Of a stretch of 64,000 nt of DNA, positions 19,624-28,928 are shown one piece after another (the stretch's first letter is position 1; the number at the start of each line of letters is the position of its first letter). The notes under the pieces are model-generated. The model made no database searches, was not told where the DNA came from, and worked only from the letters and a program-made list of their open reading frames with translations. The translations under genes and the position numbers were made by a program. Origin of the DNA: a bacterium (lineage in GTDB: Bacteria > Patescibacteriota > Gracilibacteria > UBA4473); contig JAACPJ010000005.1 of NCBI GenBank assembly GCA_009995455.1, positions 8,048-72,047 on the forward strand. Reading direction: 5' to 3'.

Positions 19624-20493
19624 TTAGCATTGCTTCAATCCGCACGATTCACCTTTAAGTTCTATTTCAATGGTAACATGATGAATGTCTGCTTTTTCGA
19701 GTTCTGATCGGATCATTTTTTTCGCATTTTCGGCTTCCGCTTTATTTAAAATAACGGCATGAAGGCTGGCGACATGATGTTCTCCGTCCAAGCTCCAAAC
19801 ATGTAAATCATGAATGGAATCAATCTCTGCAATTTGTTTTAAGGTTTCTGAAAGGTCTCCTAAGCTGACATCTTCTGGAATACATTGCAGAAATATTTCA
19901 GCGCTTTCTTTTAATGCTTTAAAGGCGTTATAGAGAATAAAAAGAGAAACTCCAATGGCGAGTAAAGAATCAAGAATATACCAGCCCGTAAAATAAATCA
20001 CTATGGCTCCGACTAATACAACCGCCCAACCTAAAACATCTTCCCATAAATGCAGCGAAATAACCTTTTCATTCATTGATTTACCGCTTTGCATTTTAAA
20101 AACCGCAAAGCCATTCACCGTGACGCCAAAAACCGCCATTATTATCATCAGCGAAGACGCAACTGGTTCAGGGCTTAGAACCCGAGGGATGGTTTCTATT
20201 AAAATAAAGGTTGAGCCGCCAATTAAAATCAGAGCGTTAAACAAAGCGCCCATTAATGAAAATCTTTGCCAACCATAAGAATAGTTTTGGGTGCGAGGTT
20301 TACGAGCGAGTTTAGCAAGTCCCCAAGCAAGTAAAATCGATAAACAATCGCCTAAATCGTGCAAAGCATCTGAAATAATAGCGACGCTATTACTCAGTAG
20401 TCCGCCAATAAGTTCGATGATTGCAAAACCAAGGTTCAACCAGAATACCAGCTTTAAATTTTTTGTGCCGTTGTGATTATGTGAGTGAGACAT
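19624..20493 (-). CDS. Cation diffusion facilitator (Zn/Co/Cd) transporter
   Basis: His-rich N-terminus, SDALHDLGD, LHLWEDVLG, IHDLHVWSL. Confidence 0.92.
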   Translation of the reverse strand: MSHSHNHNGTKNLKLVFWLNLGFAIIELIGGLLSNSVAIISDALHDLGDCLSILLAWGLAKLARKPRTQNYSYGWQRFSLMGALFNALILIGGSTFILIETIPRVLSPEPVASSLMIIMAVFGVTVNGFAVFKMQSGKSMNEKVISLHLWEDVLGWAVVLVGAIVIYFTGWYILDSLLAIGVSLFILYNAFKALKESAEIFLQCIPEDVSLGDLSETLKQIAEIDSIHDLHVWSLDGEHHVASLHAVILNKAEAENAKKMIRSELEKADIHHVTIEIELKGESCGLKQC

Positions 20494-20607
20494 AGTTTAA
20501 CTTTATAATTCTGTTTGTTAATAATCGAGCTTATTATTGGTTTAGTGTCTCATGACGATTGATTTAATTCCGAATATGTGTTATAATATATTTTAATAAA
20601 TTAAATT

Positions 20608-22083
20608 ATGAATTTAGAAAAAAAGGTCTTATTTGTTTTTTTTGGAGCGCTTGGCCTGTTGGCTCTTAGTTTAATGCTTAGTTTTATAATCTCTCAGACT
20701 GAGTTGAGTTTACAAAGGCAAGTCTCAACTCCACCGTCAGATGTGGTTTTAGAAATCGCCGGAGAAGACTTAGACCGCGTAAATATTGAGACAGATGATT
20801 ACACTTCTTTAGATTATTTACCCGGCACAGTGCAAATAGTGGAATTTGATGAAGACTTAGTTCTTTCGGCACAAAGACCGATTAATTCTGAATTTATAGA
20901 ACAGCGTCCTATTACTCCAGAAAAAAGAACCGATACAAAAGAAAAATACTACGTTGCAGAAGGAACCCAATGCCAAGTAATTCGTTACGCTTGTGAGAGT
21001 GGTTGGGATTATTTTTCAGATGAAGTTGGCTGTGGTTGTGAAAAAGTAGTAGAGCCTGAGCTTAAAGAAGTTAAAAACACTGAAACCTTAGATTATCCGA
21101 TTGTAAAAAGTGATTGGGGACAAAACCTAAACCCTGCTGGAGAAGCCCCTTTAAATCAATGGCAAGCCTTTTATTTTAGTGCTACCAATCCTAATGAAGT
21201 GGTTAAAACTGAAGTGGTGGACCGCTTAAGTGTGAATTTCAATTGGTCTGATATGGATATTGAGTCAGAAGAATTTGCCGCCTATTGGGTCGGTGATTGG
21301 GAATTTGAAGAAGAGACGGTCTGGGCCATTAATGTGTCGCAAGGTTGGTCTAAGGCTCGAATATTTATTGATGATCGTTTAGTGTATGCGGGTGATTCAA
21401 GTGCAGAGCTGCTCCATGTTTTTACAGCCGGAACCCATCGTATTGAGGTAGAATATTTGAATGCTTGGCACACGGTAGATTTTTCGGCTAATTTTGGAGA
21501 GCCGGTGGAGCGTATAAGTAAAGAACGTTTACCGGAGTGGATTAAACTTAACCGTCTGGATTCCTTATCTTTGGGGTTGGTGAGTGTGTATGAATCTAAT
21601 AGTTTTGATACTCGAATTCCAATTTCGTTTGCTGATAAAAATGAGCCAGTATTGCTACTGCTTTCTTCATACAGTGGGGTTGAATGGAATTTAGATTTGA
21701 TGCCTGAATGGGTACGAGGTGTGGTGGTGGCTTCTTATGAAAATAGTACTCGTGCGGTCGGAGTGCCAGCGTCCGTACCTTTAATCTATTTAAATGATTA
21801 TTTGGATTTGCCGTATCGCTTGCAGCCTGAATGTAGTAGTTTTGGTGGTTATTCGCACTGTGAGCACACGGGTTTGGTGGGGATAGATGCGGTCATAGAA
21901 CCATTATTTGCAACGACTCCCAAATACTTTTCTGGAGCGTACAACACTCCAGGGTTAATGATGCCAGATCTTAGCATTTCTGACGATTTACGTAATAATA
22001 TTAGAACTTCATACGAAAAGTGGAAAGACCAGCAACGTAATGAGGCCAAAAAAAAGACTGACTTTGAGGGTTTGTTTGATTAA
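20608..22083 (+). CDS. Membrane-anchored protein with PA14-like domain
   Basis: N-terminal TM; FAAYWVG..ARIFIDDRLV..GTHRIEVEY resembles PA14; small Cys-rich motif. Confidence 0.55.
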   Translation: MNLEKKVLFVFFGALGLLALSLMLSFIISQTELSLQRQVSTPPSDVVLEIAGEDLDRVNIETDDYTSLDYLPGTVQIVEFDEDLVLSAQRPINSEFIEQRPITPEKRTDTKEKYYVAEGTQCQVIRYACESGWDYFSDEVGCGCEKVVEPELKEVKNTETLDYPIVKSDWGQNLNPAGEAPLNQWQAFYFSATNPNEVVKTEVVDRLSVNFNWSDMDIESEEFAAYWVGDWEFEEETVWAINVSQGWSKARIFIDDRLVYAGDSSAELLHVFTAGTHRIEVEYLNAWHTVDFSANFGEPVERISKERLPEWIKLNRLDSLSLGLVSVYESNSFDTRIPISFADKNEPVLLLLSSYSGVEWNLDLMPEWVRGVVVASYENSTRAVGVPASVPLIYLNDYLDLPYRLQPECSSFGGYSHCEHTGLVGIDAVIEPLFATTPKYFSGAYNTPGLMMPDLSISDDLRNNIRTSYEKWKDQQRNEAKKKTDFEGLFD

Positions 22084-22129
22084 ACCCAAGTATGACAAAT
22101 TCTAAGCTTTGAACTAAGCTTAGTGTAGC

Positions 22130-22951
22130 ATGAAAAAAGCTTTGCGATACGCGCTTCCAGTTCCCGTTAAAAAATTTTTAAAAACAACGGTTTATACAAT
22201 CCTTGATGTAAAAGATACTTTAACTGGGAAGCGTGATAAATCGTATCCTCCGCGGCGACTAAACTTTGTTGGTAGTGCTGATTTTAAAGCGGTTGGCGAT
22301 GAATTTGCCGGACTTTTTAAAGACTTAGGTGGCTTAAAGCCGACCGATAGAGTTTTAGATTTAGGTTCTGGAATTGGCCGAATGGCTTTGCCTCTAACCG
22401 ATTATTTAAAAAAGGGGGAGTATGAGGGTTTTGATATTGATGCTCGTGGCGTTGAGTGGTGTCAAAAACAGATTACACCAACCCATCCTAATTTTGAGTT
22501 TCAGTACGTTGATTTGTACAACAAATATTATAATCCGAAAGCGAGTGTGAAACCGTCGGAGTTTGAGTTCCCTTACGCCGATAACAGTTTTGATTTTGTG
22601 TTTGCGACCTCTGTTTTTACCCATTTGCTACCTGATGATGCCCAGCATTATTTAAAAGAAATTGAGCGCGTTTTAGCCCCGAATGGAACCGCCTTTTTAA
22701 CGTGGTTTATTTTAGATGAAGTTCGTCTGCAACAGATGAAAACAGAATACGCTAATGCTGATTTTGCTCATCGGTTTGAAGGTTCAGATTTCTGCTTCTA
22801 CTCTCATCCTGGAAACCCGGAAGCAGAAATTGCATACACCGAAAAATGGTTAAATCAAAAACTAGGACTCTATGAACAACATCGCGGCACATGGTGCGGT
22901 GAAGCGGGAGTTTCGTATCAAGATATAGTGATTTGGAACCCTAAAAAATAG
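22130..22951 (+). CDS. Class I SAM-dependent methyltransferase
   Basis: VLDLGSGIGR, FDFVFATSVFTHL, RVLAPNG. Confidence 0.88.
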   Translation: MKKALRYALPVPVKKFLKTTVYTILDVKDTLTGKRDKSYPPRRLNFVGSADFKAVGDEFAGLFKDLGGLKPTDRVLDLGSGIGRMALPLTDYLKKGEYEGFDIDARGVEWCQKQITPTHPNFEFQYVDLYNKYYNPKASVKPSEFEFPYADNSFDFVFATSVFTHLLPDDAQHYLKEIERVLAPNGTAFLTWFILDEVRLQQMKTEYANADFAHRFEGSDFCFYSHPGNPEAEIAYTEKWLNQKLGLYEQHRGTWCGEAGVSYQDIVIWNPKK

Positions 22952-23099
22952 TGTAAATAAAAGGCGCTAAAGCGGAGCCTTGTGTAAAAACAATTAGCAA
23001 ACCCAGTAACGTTAAAATTAAGAGTAGTGGAAACATCCAGAACTTTTTTCGTTCTACCATGAAGCCCCACATATCTTTAACGGTTTTTAGTTTGCTCAT
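22941..23099 (-). CDS. DUF5989-like small membrane protein (52 aa, missed by the ORF track)
   Basis: Hand translation MSKLKTVKDMWGFMVERKKFWMFPLLLILTLLGLLIVFTQGSALAPFIYTIF; RKKxW and APFIYT.F pattern. Confidence 0.8.
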   Translation of the reverse strand: MSKLKTVKDMWGFMVERKKFWMFPLLLILTLLGLLIVFTQGSALAPFIYTIF

Positions 23100-23120
23100 C
23101 GGCAGGTATTAAATGTTTTT

Positions 23121-23666
23121 TTAAGATTTTTGTCCAATTTGTGCGGCTCTAATTAATCCATACACCGCTAAACCACTTAGGGCCCCAATGGCATGACCTT
23201 GCCAAGAAACACCTGGCATAAAACCAAATACTAGATTGAGCAAAACTAAAACCCCAATCATTTGGGCCGTTTGTGGTTCATCTTGCCAGTAAAAATAAGC
23301 CAACACCATTAAACCCAGCCCAATACCAGAAAACCCGAGCACGGCTCCGGGGTTAAAGAAATAGAGCCCTAAAACCGTTAAGTTCCAAACGAGTAAAACC
23401 ATTAATAAATACCTCCACCAGCCCACATGACGCTCAAGTAGGACGCCCATAAAAAGAACTATCAGCAAATTAGACACTAAGTGAAGAAACGAATAATGAG
23501 AAAAATGGGCCAGCCATGCGTTAGCATTCATAGCTCCACCTACACTAATCGGAGCGTCAATAATACCCAAATTAATTAAAGCCCAAACCGCCACGGTGAC
23601 TACTGTGATTAGAAAAGTTACGGGTAAGTTTTTATGAAAATTCGGCCAATCAATGGGCGCAATCAT
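23121..23666 (-). CDS. Rhomboid family intramembrane serine protease
   Basis: HLVSN, GFSG catalytic Ser, SWQGHAIG. Confidence 0.88.
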   Translation of the reverse strand: MIAPIDWPNFHKNLPVTFLITVVTVAVWALINLGIIDAPISVGGAMNANAWLAHFSHYSFLHLVSNLLIVLFMGVLLERHVGWWRYLLMVLLVWNLTVLGLYFFNPGAVLGFSGIGLGLMVLAYFYWQDEPQTAQMIGVLVLLNLVFGFMPGVSWQGHAIGALSGLAVYGLIRAAQIGQKS

Positions 23667-23905
23667 GATTTTTTAATCGTTTTTTCAACCAAGACTTTAG
23701 CGCTCCAAACCGCCCAAATGGTAAACATTATAAACAACGGCCACGCGTTTAAATCCCAAGTATAGATAATAAGAAAAGTTGAACCAAGTAAGTTCATCAC
23801 TTCATCATAAATAGTGTTGTCATCTAAATCGCCTAAGTTTTTTAGAAAAAATGCGGCCAACATCATCGCGGAACCAATGGCACCAAAAAAATAAATGTAA
23901 TCCAT
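23663..23905 (-). CDS. Small membrane protein (CBU_0592-like)
   Basis: Three hydrophobic segments, YDEVMNLLGS pattern. Confidence 0.55.
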   Translation of the reverse strand: MDYIYFFGAIGSAMMLAAFFLKNLGDLDDNTIYDEVMNLLGSTFLIIYTWDLNAWPLFIMFTIWAVWSAKVLVEKTIKKS

Positions 23906-23998
23906 GGTTTTTATTATAGAATTTAAAAATTAATTTGGCGAGCTAAGACTTAAATTTGCATTTGAGTTTTGGTTCTGGCAAAGTCTTGGCGCTTCGTT

Positions 23999-24087
23999 TT
24001 TATCAAGAGACGGTAAGAGGTTTGGCTCTAAGACCCGTCAGCAACCAGCGCAACGCGCGCAAGGTGCTCCACCCAAAATTAGATAAA
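23999..24087 (+). ncRNA. SAM-I (S-box) riboswitch aptamer lacking P4
   Basis: P1 tttatc/gataaa, ATCAAGAG, P2 gacgg/ccgtc, GCAACC...GGTGC P3, L2 tttgg pairing with ccaaa; directly upstream of metK. Confidence 0.88.
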
Positions 24088-24098
24088 GATTGATTAAA

Positions 24099-24130
24099 AA
24101 GGAAGTCATTCATTATTTCCTTATTTTTTT
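24099..24130 (+). terminator. Putative terminator in the riboswitch expression platform
   Basis: aaggaag/tttcctt stem followed by attttttt, just before the metK ATG. Confidence 0.5.
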
Positions 24131-24135
24131 GTGTC

Positions 24136-25263
24136 ATGAGAACTATTTTTACTTCTGAATCGGTAACCGAAGGTCACCCAGATAAAATTGCCGATCAAAT
24201 TTCAGATTCGGTGTTAGATGCTTTTTTGGCTGCCGATCCAAATTCTCGGGTAGCTTGCGAAGTTTTAGTTAACACGGGTTTAGTGGTTGTTTCGGGTGAA
24301 ATTACTTCAAAAGCCGATTATATTGATATTCAAAGTATTGCCCGAAATCGAATTATTGAAATTGGATATAATCACGGTGATATGTGTTTTGATGGTCGTT
24401 CCTGTGCGGTGTTAACGGCGATTGATGAACAATCACCTGATATCGCGCAGGGGGTGAATGAATTACCAGATCATTTGCAAGGAGCGGGAGACCAAGGGAT
24501 GATGTTTGGTTTTGCTTGTGACCAAACGCCAGAACTAATGCCATTGCCAATTGCGTTAGCCCATAAATTATCTCGTCGATTGGCGGTGGTGCGTAAAGAT
24601 GGTACTTTACCTTACTTACGTCCAGATGGAAAAGTGCAAGTGTCGGTGGAGTATGAAGATGAAACGCCGGTTCGAGTAGCAGCGGTAGTGGTTTCAACGC
24701 AACACGCGCCTGAAGTTACCCAAGCCCAAATTCATGAAGATATTAAACGCGTGGTGGTTGATCCTATTTTAGGAAGTCTCGTTGATGCTCAAACGCTGTA
24801 TCATATTAATCCAACGGGTATTTTTGTCATCGGCGGGCCGCAAGGTGACTGTGGCTTAACGGGTCGTAAAATTATTGTGGATACTTATGGTGGCATGGGG
24901 CGCCACGGTGGCGGAGCTTTTAGTGGCAAAGATCCATCTAAAGTAGATCGAAGTGCGGCCTATATGGCTCGACATATTGCTAAAAGCTTGGTGGGGAACA
25001 ACTTAGCGAGAAAATGTGAAGTGCAATTAGCCTACGCAATTGGGGTGGCAGAGCCGGTTTCGGTTCGAGTTGATACCTTTGGAACAAGCTCCACTTCCGA
25101 AGAAAAACTAGCCTCTTTAGTGCGAGAAAAGTTTCCACTTCGACCTAAAGAATTGATTGATTATTTAGATTTAAAACGTCCAATTTATACACCTACAGCC
25201 GCCTACGGGCATTTTGGTCGAGAAGATCTAGATGTTAGATGGGAAGACATAGCTTCTCTTTGA
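24136..25263 (+). CDS. metK: S-adenosylmethionine synthetase
   Basis: [28 protein letters not shown]. Confidence 0.98.
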   Translation: MRTIFTSESVTEGHPDKIADQISDSVLDAFLAADPNSRVACEVLVNTGLVVVSGEITSKADYIDIQSIARNRIIEIGYNHGDMCFDGRSCAVLTAIDEQSPDIAQGVNELPDHLQGAGDQGMMFGFACDQTPELMPLPIALAHKLSRRLAVVRKDGTLPYLRPDGKVQVSVEYEDETPVRVAAVVVSTQHAPEVTQAQIHEDIKRVVVDPILGSLVDAQTLYHINPTGIFVIGGPQGDCGLTGRKIIVDTYGGMGRHGGGAFSGKDPSKVDRSAAYMARHIAKSLVGNNLARKCEVQLAYAIGVAEPVSVRVDTFGTSSTSEEKLASLVREKFPLRPKELIDYLDLKRPIYTPTAAYGHFGREDLDVRWEDIASL

Positions 25264-25314
25264 TATTGGTGAATCTTGGTTGCCCCAAAAAATTGATTTT
25301 GTAACATTGAAAAG

Positions 25315-26700
25315 ATGTCATTTAAGGTGAAAAAAATACGTGAAAATAAAGGGAAATTTGCCTGGTGGCTTAATTTTCAAGATGCCGTTGGGCCAAAGCT
25401 AGCAAAAGGGATATTAATGGCGATACCTTTAAGTGTATTGTGTTTAGTGGGGGTAGCAATGCTGCAAGCCGGTTGGATGAGTGGTGATGGCCCAGTTAGA
25501 ATTATTCCTAAATTTACGGCGCTGGAACAAACCGATGGTCATACTAATATGGTGTTTTTAGGGGTAGCGGGCCGGAACGAGCAAGGAGGGAATTTATCAG
25601 ACTCGATAATTTTACTTTCAATTAACGGTGCTAAGGGCACGGTCTCGATGCTGAGTTTGCCACGTGATTTGTATATTGATTCACAAGTAGGTTCGAGAAA
25701 AATTAATGAGATTTACGCTAATGCCAGTTATGGGGATCGTTATGAAAATGGTATTAAGGTGGTAAAAGAAGCCTTTAGTAATTTTACGGGGATTCCAATT
25801 CATTATGCCGCCGTGATTGATTTTAAAGTATTTGAACAAATGGTGGATGAGCTAGGGGGCGTTAAAGTGTTTGTAGCCGAGGACATAGTGGATCCTTATT
25901 ACCCAGACGTAAATTATGGGTACCAGACTTTTATTGTTCGAAAAGGGATTCAAGAGTTTGATGGAGAGATGGCTTTAAAATACGCTCGAAGCCGAAAAAC
26001 TTCATCCGATTATAGTCGAGCGAAAAGACAGCAGGATTTGCTGTTCGCGATTAAGGAAAAAGCGAAAGAAAGCGGCGCTTTATTTAACCCAAACCAATTG
26101 CGAAGTTTTTACCAAACTTTTAGTGAAAACGTAGTGACCGATATGGGCTTACCTCAACTACTTGAGTTAGGTAAAATTGCCGCTGGTGTTGATTATGATG
26201 GTTTAGTTTCGGCGGTATTGAACGATGATCCTTCTAATCGAGGAGGACTTTTATATGCTCCGGCTCGTGAGTTTTATAACGGCCAGTTTATCTTGCTGCC
26301 GTTGAATCTAAAGGACACGCAAAAATTTATTGAGCTGACGTTAATTACCCCAGAAATTTTGCTGGAAAATGCGCAAATGGCAGTGCTTAATGCGTCATCG
26401 GTGAGCGGCTTAGCTAATCAAGTGGCTCAACGGCTGCGACGACTGGGCTTTCATGTAATTGAAACGGGTAACTACGACTCAGAAACACCGGTCACTCAAT
26501 CTTTTTATAATCGAATTTCAAGTAATGAAACGCCTTTAACGGAAACCTTTTTACAAAATTATTTCGGCTTCGTTCCAATGACCGTTCAAGCCCCAGAAGA
26601 ACCAACGACTGAAAATGAAGCAGTAGAAACTACTCCAGAAATAGTAAATCTGATTGATATGAACATTGTTCTTGGGAGCACCTATACTTCTCCACAATAA
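25315..26700 (+). CDS. LytR-CpsA-Psr (LCP) family protein with LytR_C domain
   Basis: SDSIIL, LSLPRDL, KINEIY, ALKYARSR, RAKRQQ; VLNAS..GLA C-terminal domain. Confidence 0.9.
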   Translation: MSFKVKKIRENKGKFAWWLNFQDAVGPKLAKGILMAIPLSVLCLVGVAMLQAGWMSGDGPVRIIPKFTALEQTDGHTNMVFLGVAGRNEQGGNLSDSIILLSINGAKGTVSMLSLPRDLYIDSQVGSRKINEIYANASYGDRYENGIKVVKEAFSNFTGIPIHYAAVIDFKVFEQMVDELGGVKVFVAEDIVDPYYPDVNYGYQTFIVRKGIQEFDGEMALKYARSRKTSSDYSRAKRQQDLLFAIKEKAKESGALFNPNQLRSFYQTFSENVVTDMGLPQLLELGKIAAGVDYDGLVSAVLNDDPSNRGGLLYAPAREFYNGQFILLPLNLKDTQKFIELTLITPEILLENAQMAVLNASSVSGLANQVAQRLRRLGFHVIETGNYDSETPVTQSFYNRISSNETPLTETFLQNYFGFVPMTVQAPEEPTTENEAVETTPEIVNLIDMNIVLGSTYTSPQ

Positions 26701-26701
26701 T

Positions 26702-27790
26702 TTATTGCTGTGGCATCGATGGGGCCGTGAAGTCTTGCGGTAAAGTTCGGTGGGCTACATCTTGAGTAATCAAATCGTTACTCAGCAACCATTCGATAGT
26801 CTTCTTCATTGATACCATTCCGTCCATTTGTCCGGTTTCAATAACTGAATCGAGTTGGAAGGTTTTGTTGTCTCGAATCAAACTCGAAACAGCATAATTT
26901 TGGAATAGAATTTCAAAGGCGGCCACTCGTTTGTTTTCGTTTTTAAGCGGTAGTAAAGTTTGCCAAACCACGCAACGAAGTACATCGGCGAGTTGGGTAC
27001 GGATTTGATTTTGTTGATCTGACGGAAAAACATCAATCAGACGATTAACCGCTCCCGTCGCCCCGTTTGTATGCAAAGTTCCAAGTACTAAAGCCCCGGT
27101 TTCAGCGGCGGTAATGGCGGCTTGAATGGTTTCAAGGTTGCGCAACTCACCCACTAAAATAACATCGGCGGCTTGCCGTAAACACGAACGAATCGCTTTA
27201 CTAAAATCTTTGGTGTGAATTTCGAGTTCTCGTTGTTCAATCAGAGATAATTCATTGTGATGAATAAACTCAATCGGGTCTTCAATCGTTACAATATGTT
27301 TGTGATAATTTTTGTTAATCAGGTCGACTAGCGATGCTAGCGTGGTTGATTTACCAGAACCCATGGCTCCAGTAACTAAGACTAAGCCATTCTTATAATC
27401 GAGGGCTTTTTTAATTTGATTGGGCAGGTTTAGTTGCTCAAAACTCGGTACCACTTCAGGAATATAACGAAACACAATGGAGAGTCCGCCCATTTGCCAA
27501 AATACATTGGCCCGAAAACGTTTGCCGCTGTCTTCAGAACTGATGGCAAAATCGTATTCGGTTCTGTCTTTTAGCACGCCTTGGTTTTCTGCTCCCAGTT
27601 GGGCCATTAAATAGAATTCCAGTAGCGCATTAGTTACCGGCGGTTCATCATCAAAAAATATGGTTTTGTTGTTGATTCGGCAACTTGGCTTAGAGCCGGC
27701 TGATAAAAATATATCAGAAGCTCCAAGGTCCAGCGCGCGCTCTTTTAAAGCTTTCACTATCTCTACCGCATCCGCTGCATCTTTTTTCAT
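26702..27790 (-). CDS. pilT: PilT/PilU-family type IV pilus retraction ATPase
   Basis: GLVLVTGAMGSGKST, TIEDPIE, VGELR, GTLHT; start placed at MKKDAA. Confidence 0.85.
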   Translation of the reverse strand: MKKDAADAVEIVKALKERALDLGASDIFLSAGSKPSCRINNKTIFFDDEPPVTNALLEFYLMAQLGAENQGVLKDRTEYDFAISSEDSGKRFRANVFWQMGGLSIVFRYIPEVVPSFEQLNLPNQIKKALDYKNGLVLVTGAMGSGKSTTLASLVDLINKNYHKHIVTIEDPIEFIHHNELSLIEQRELEIHTKDFSKAIRSCLRQAADVILVGELRNLETIQAAITAAETGALVLGTLHTNGATGAVNRLIDVFPSDQQNQIRTQLADVLRCVVWQTLLPLKNENKRVAAFEILFQNYAVSSLIRDNKTFQLDSVIETGQMDGMVSMKKTIEWLLSNDLITQDVAHRTLPQDFTAPSMPQQ

Positions 27791-27813
27791 ATATCGGAGC
27801 ATTATACCAGAGC

Positions 27814-27842
27814 TTGAAATTATATACAAGTTGCGGTATAAT
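27814..27842 (+). promoter_or_regulatory. Sigma70-type promoter of the pilin operon, divergent from pilT
   Basis: TTGAAA-N17-TATAAT, 7 nt before ATG 27850. Confidence 0.65.
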
Positions 27843-27849
27843 GGGGGGA

Positions 27850-28374
27850 ATGAAAAAGCGCTCAAAGGTTTCTGTTAGTTCTATTTGCACGGCCATGATG
27901 TTGGCGGTGGTACTTAATTTGACGGTTGTATCAACGGCTGATGCCTTTCTAGGATCAATTAGCCAGGGGGTAGCGTCAATTGGTGCGGCAGTTCAAGCCG
28001 GGACGAATTTAATTAGTAGTATTCAAGGACTTTTCGGAGGCGGAGGCGGCGGAGGTGGTTTAGCGGTTTCTAGTGGCGTGCCAACCGTTCCAAATGGTGG
28101 AATTTTACCCGGGCCGGCAAATGCGGCTTACGGAGTTTCTTATGCCCGTGATGTGTTTTTACCAAATCTTACCAATTGGATTGTCTCTGTGGTTTTAGCG
28201 GGTTCGGTAATTGTGCTGATTGCCGCTGGCTTGATGTATTTAATTGGTGGTGGAAACCAGGAACTCCAAACCAAAGCTCGTGAAACAATTATCTGGGGAA
28301 TTTTAGGGATGGTGATTACGGTAATTTCTTACTCCATAGTAAGAATTGTTATTACGATTAATTATTTAGGCTAA
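27850..28374 (+). CDS. VirB2/TrbC-like pilin with poly-Gly linker
   Basis: Signal peptide, G8 run, C-terminal AGLMYLIGGGNQELQTKARETIIWGILG. Confidence 0.75.
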   Translation: MKKRSKVSVSSICTAMMLAVVLNLTVVSTADAFLGSISQGVASIGAAVQAGTNLISSIQGLFGGGGGGGGLAVSSGVPTVPNGGILPGPANAAYGVSYARDVFLPNLTNWIVSVVLAGSVIVLIAAGLMYLIGGGNQELQTKARETIIWGILGMVITVISYSIVRIVITINYLG

Positions 28375-28922
28375 TGAGACTTTTAATATCCGCGATTTTT
28401 GCCGCTACTGTTTTTGGTCTTTTGACTACTGGCAGCGCTTCGGCTCAGCTTGAACAACTAACGAACGGTATTAACCAAGCTAATAATGTAGTCAATCAAG
28501 TGGGTGGTATTGTGAATGATATAAATAGTATAACTGGCGGCGGTGGCGGAGGCGGTGGTTCAACCACCACTTCAGCTCCAGCACCTGGAGCCGGAATGTT
28601 TAACCCTGATACCGTTTTCCCCGCTTGGGGAGAAGGCGGTCAAGTAACAGGGGTAATTGGTAGTAATGTGGGCGCTTTAAATCAAGGTGAAGGCCGATTG
28701 CTGATTTATTTTATTCCTAAAATAGTCGAATTGATGATTTGGTTAGTCGCGCCTATTATCACCATTATGTTTTTATACTCAGGAATTATTTTTGTTTATG
28801 CCGGAGACCGAGAAGAAGAGGTTAAAAAAGCGCGTGATTTTTTCCGCTTTGCGGTGATTGGCTTGGTCTTCATTGTTCTGAGTTATTCTATTATGAAAGC
28901 GGTTTTCTTTATTATTGTGTAA
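28374..28922 (+). CDS. VirB2/TrbC-like pilin with poly-Gly linker
   Basis: Signal peptide, G8 run, YSGIIFVYAGDREEEVKKARDFFRFAVIGL. Confidence 0.75.
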   Translation: MRLLISAIFAATVFGLLTTGSASAQLEQLTNGINQANNVVNQVGGIVNDINSITGGGGGGGGSTTTSAPAPGAGMFNPDTVFPAWGEGGQVTGVIGSNVGALNQGEGRLLIYFIPKIVELMIWLVAPIITIMFLYSGIIFVYAGDREEEVKKARDFFRFAVIGLVFIVLSYSIMKAVFFIIV

Positions 28923-28928
28923 ATTTAT

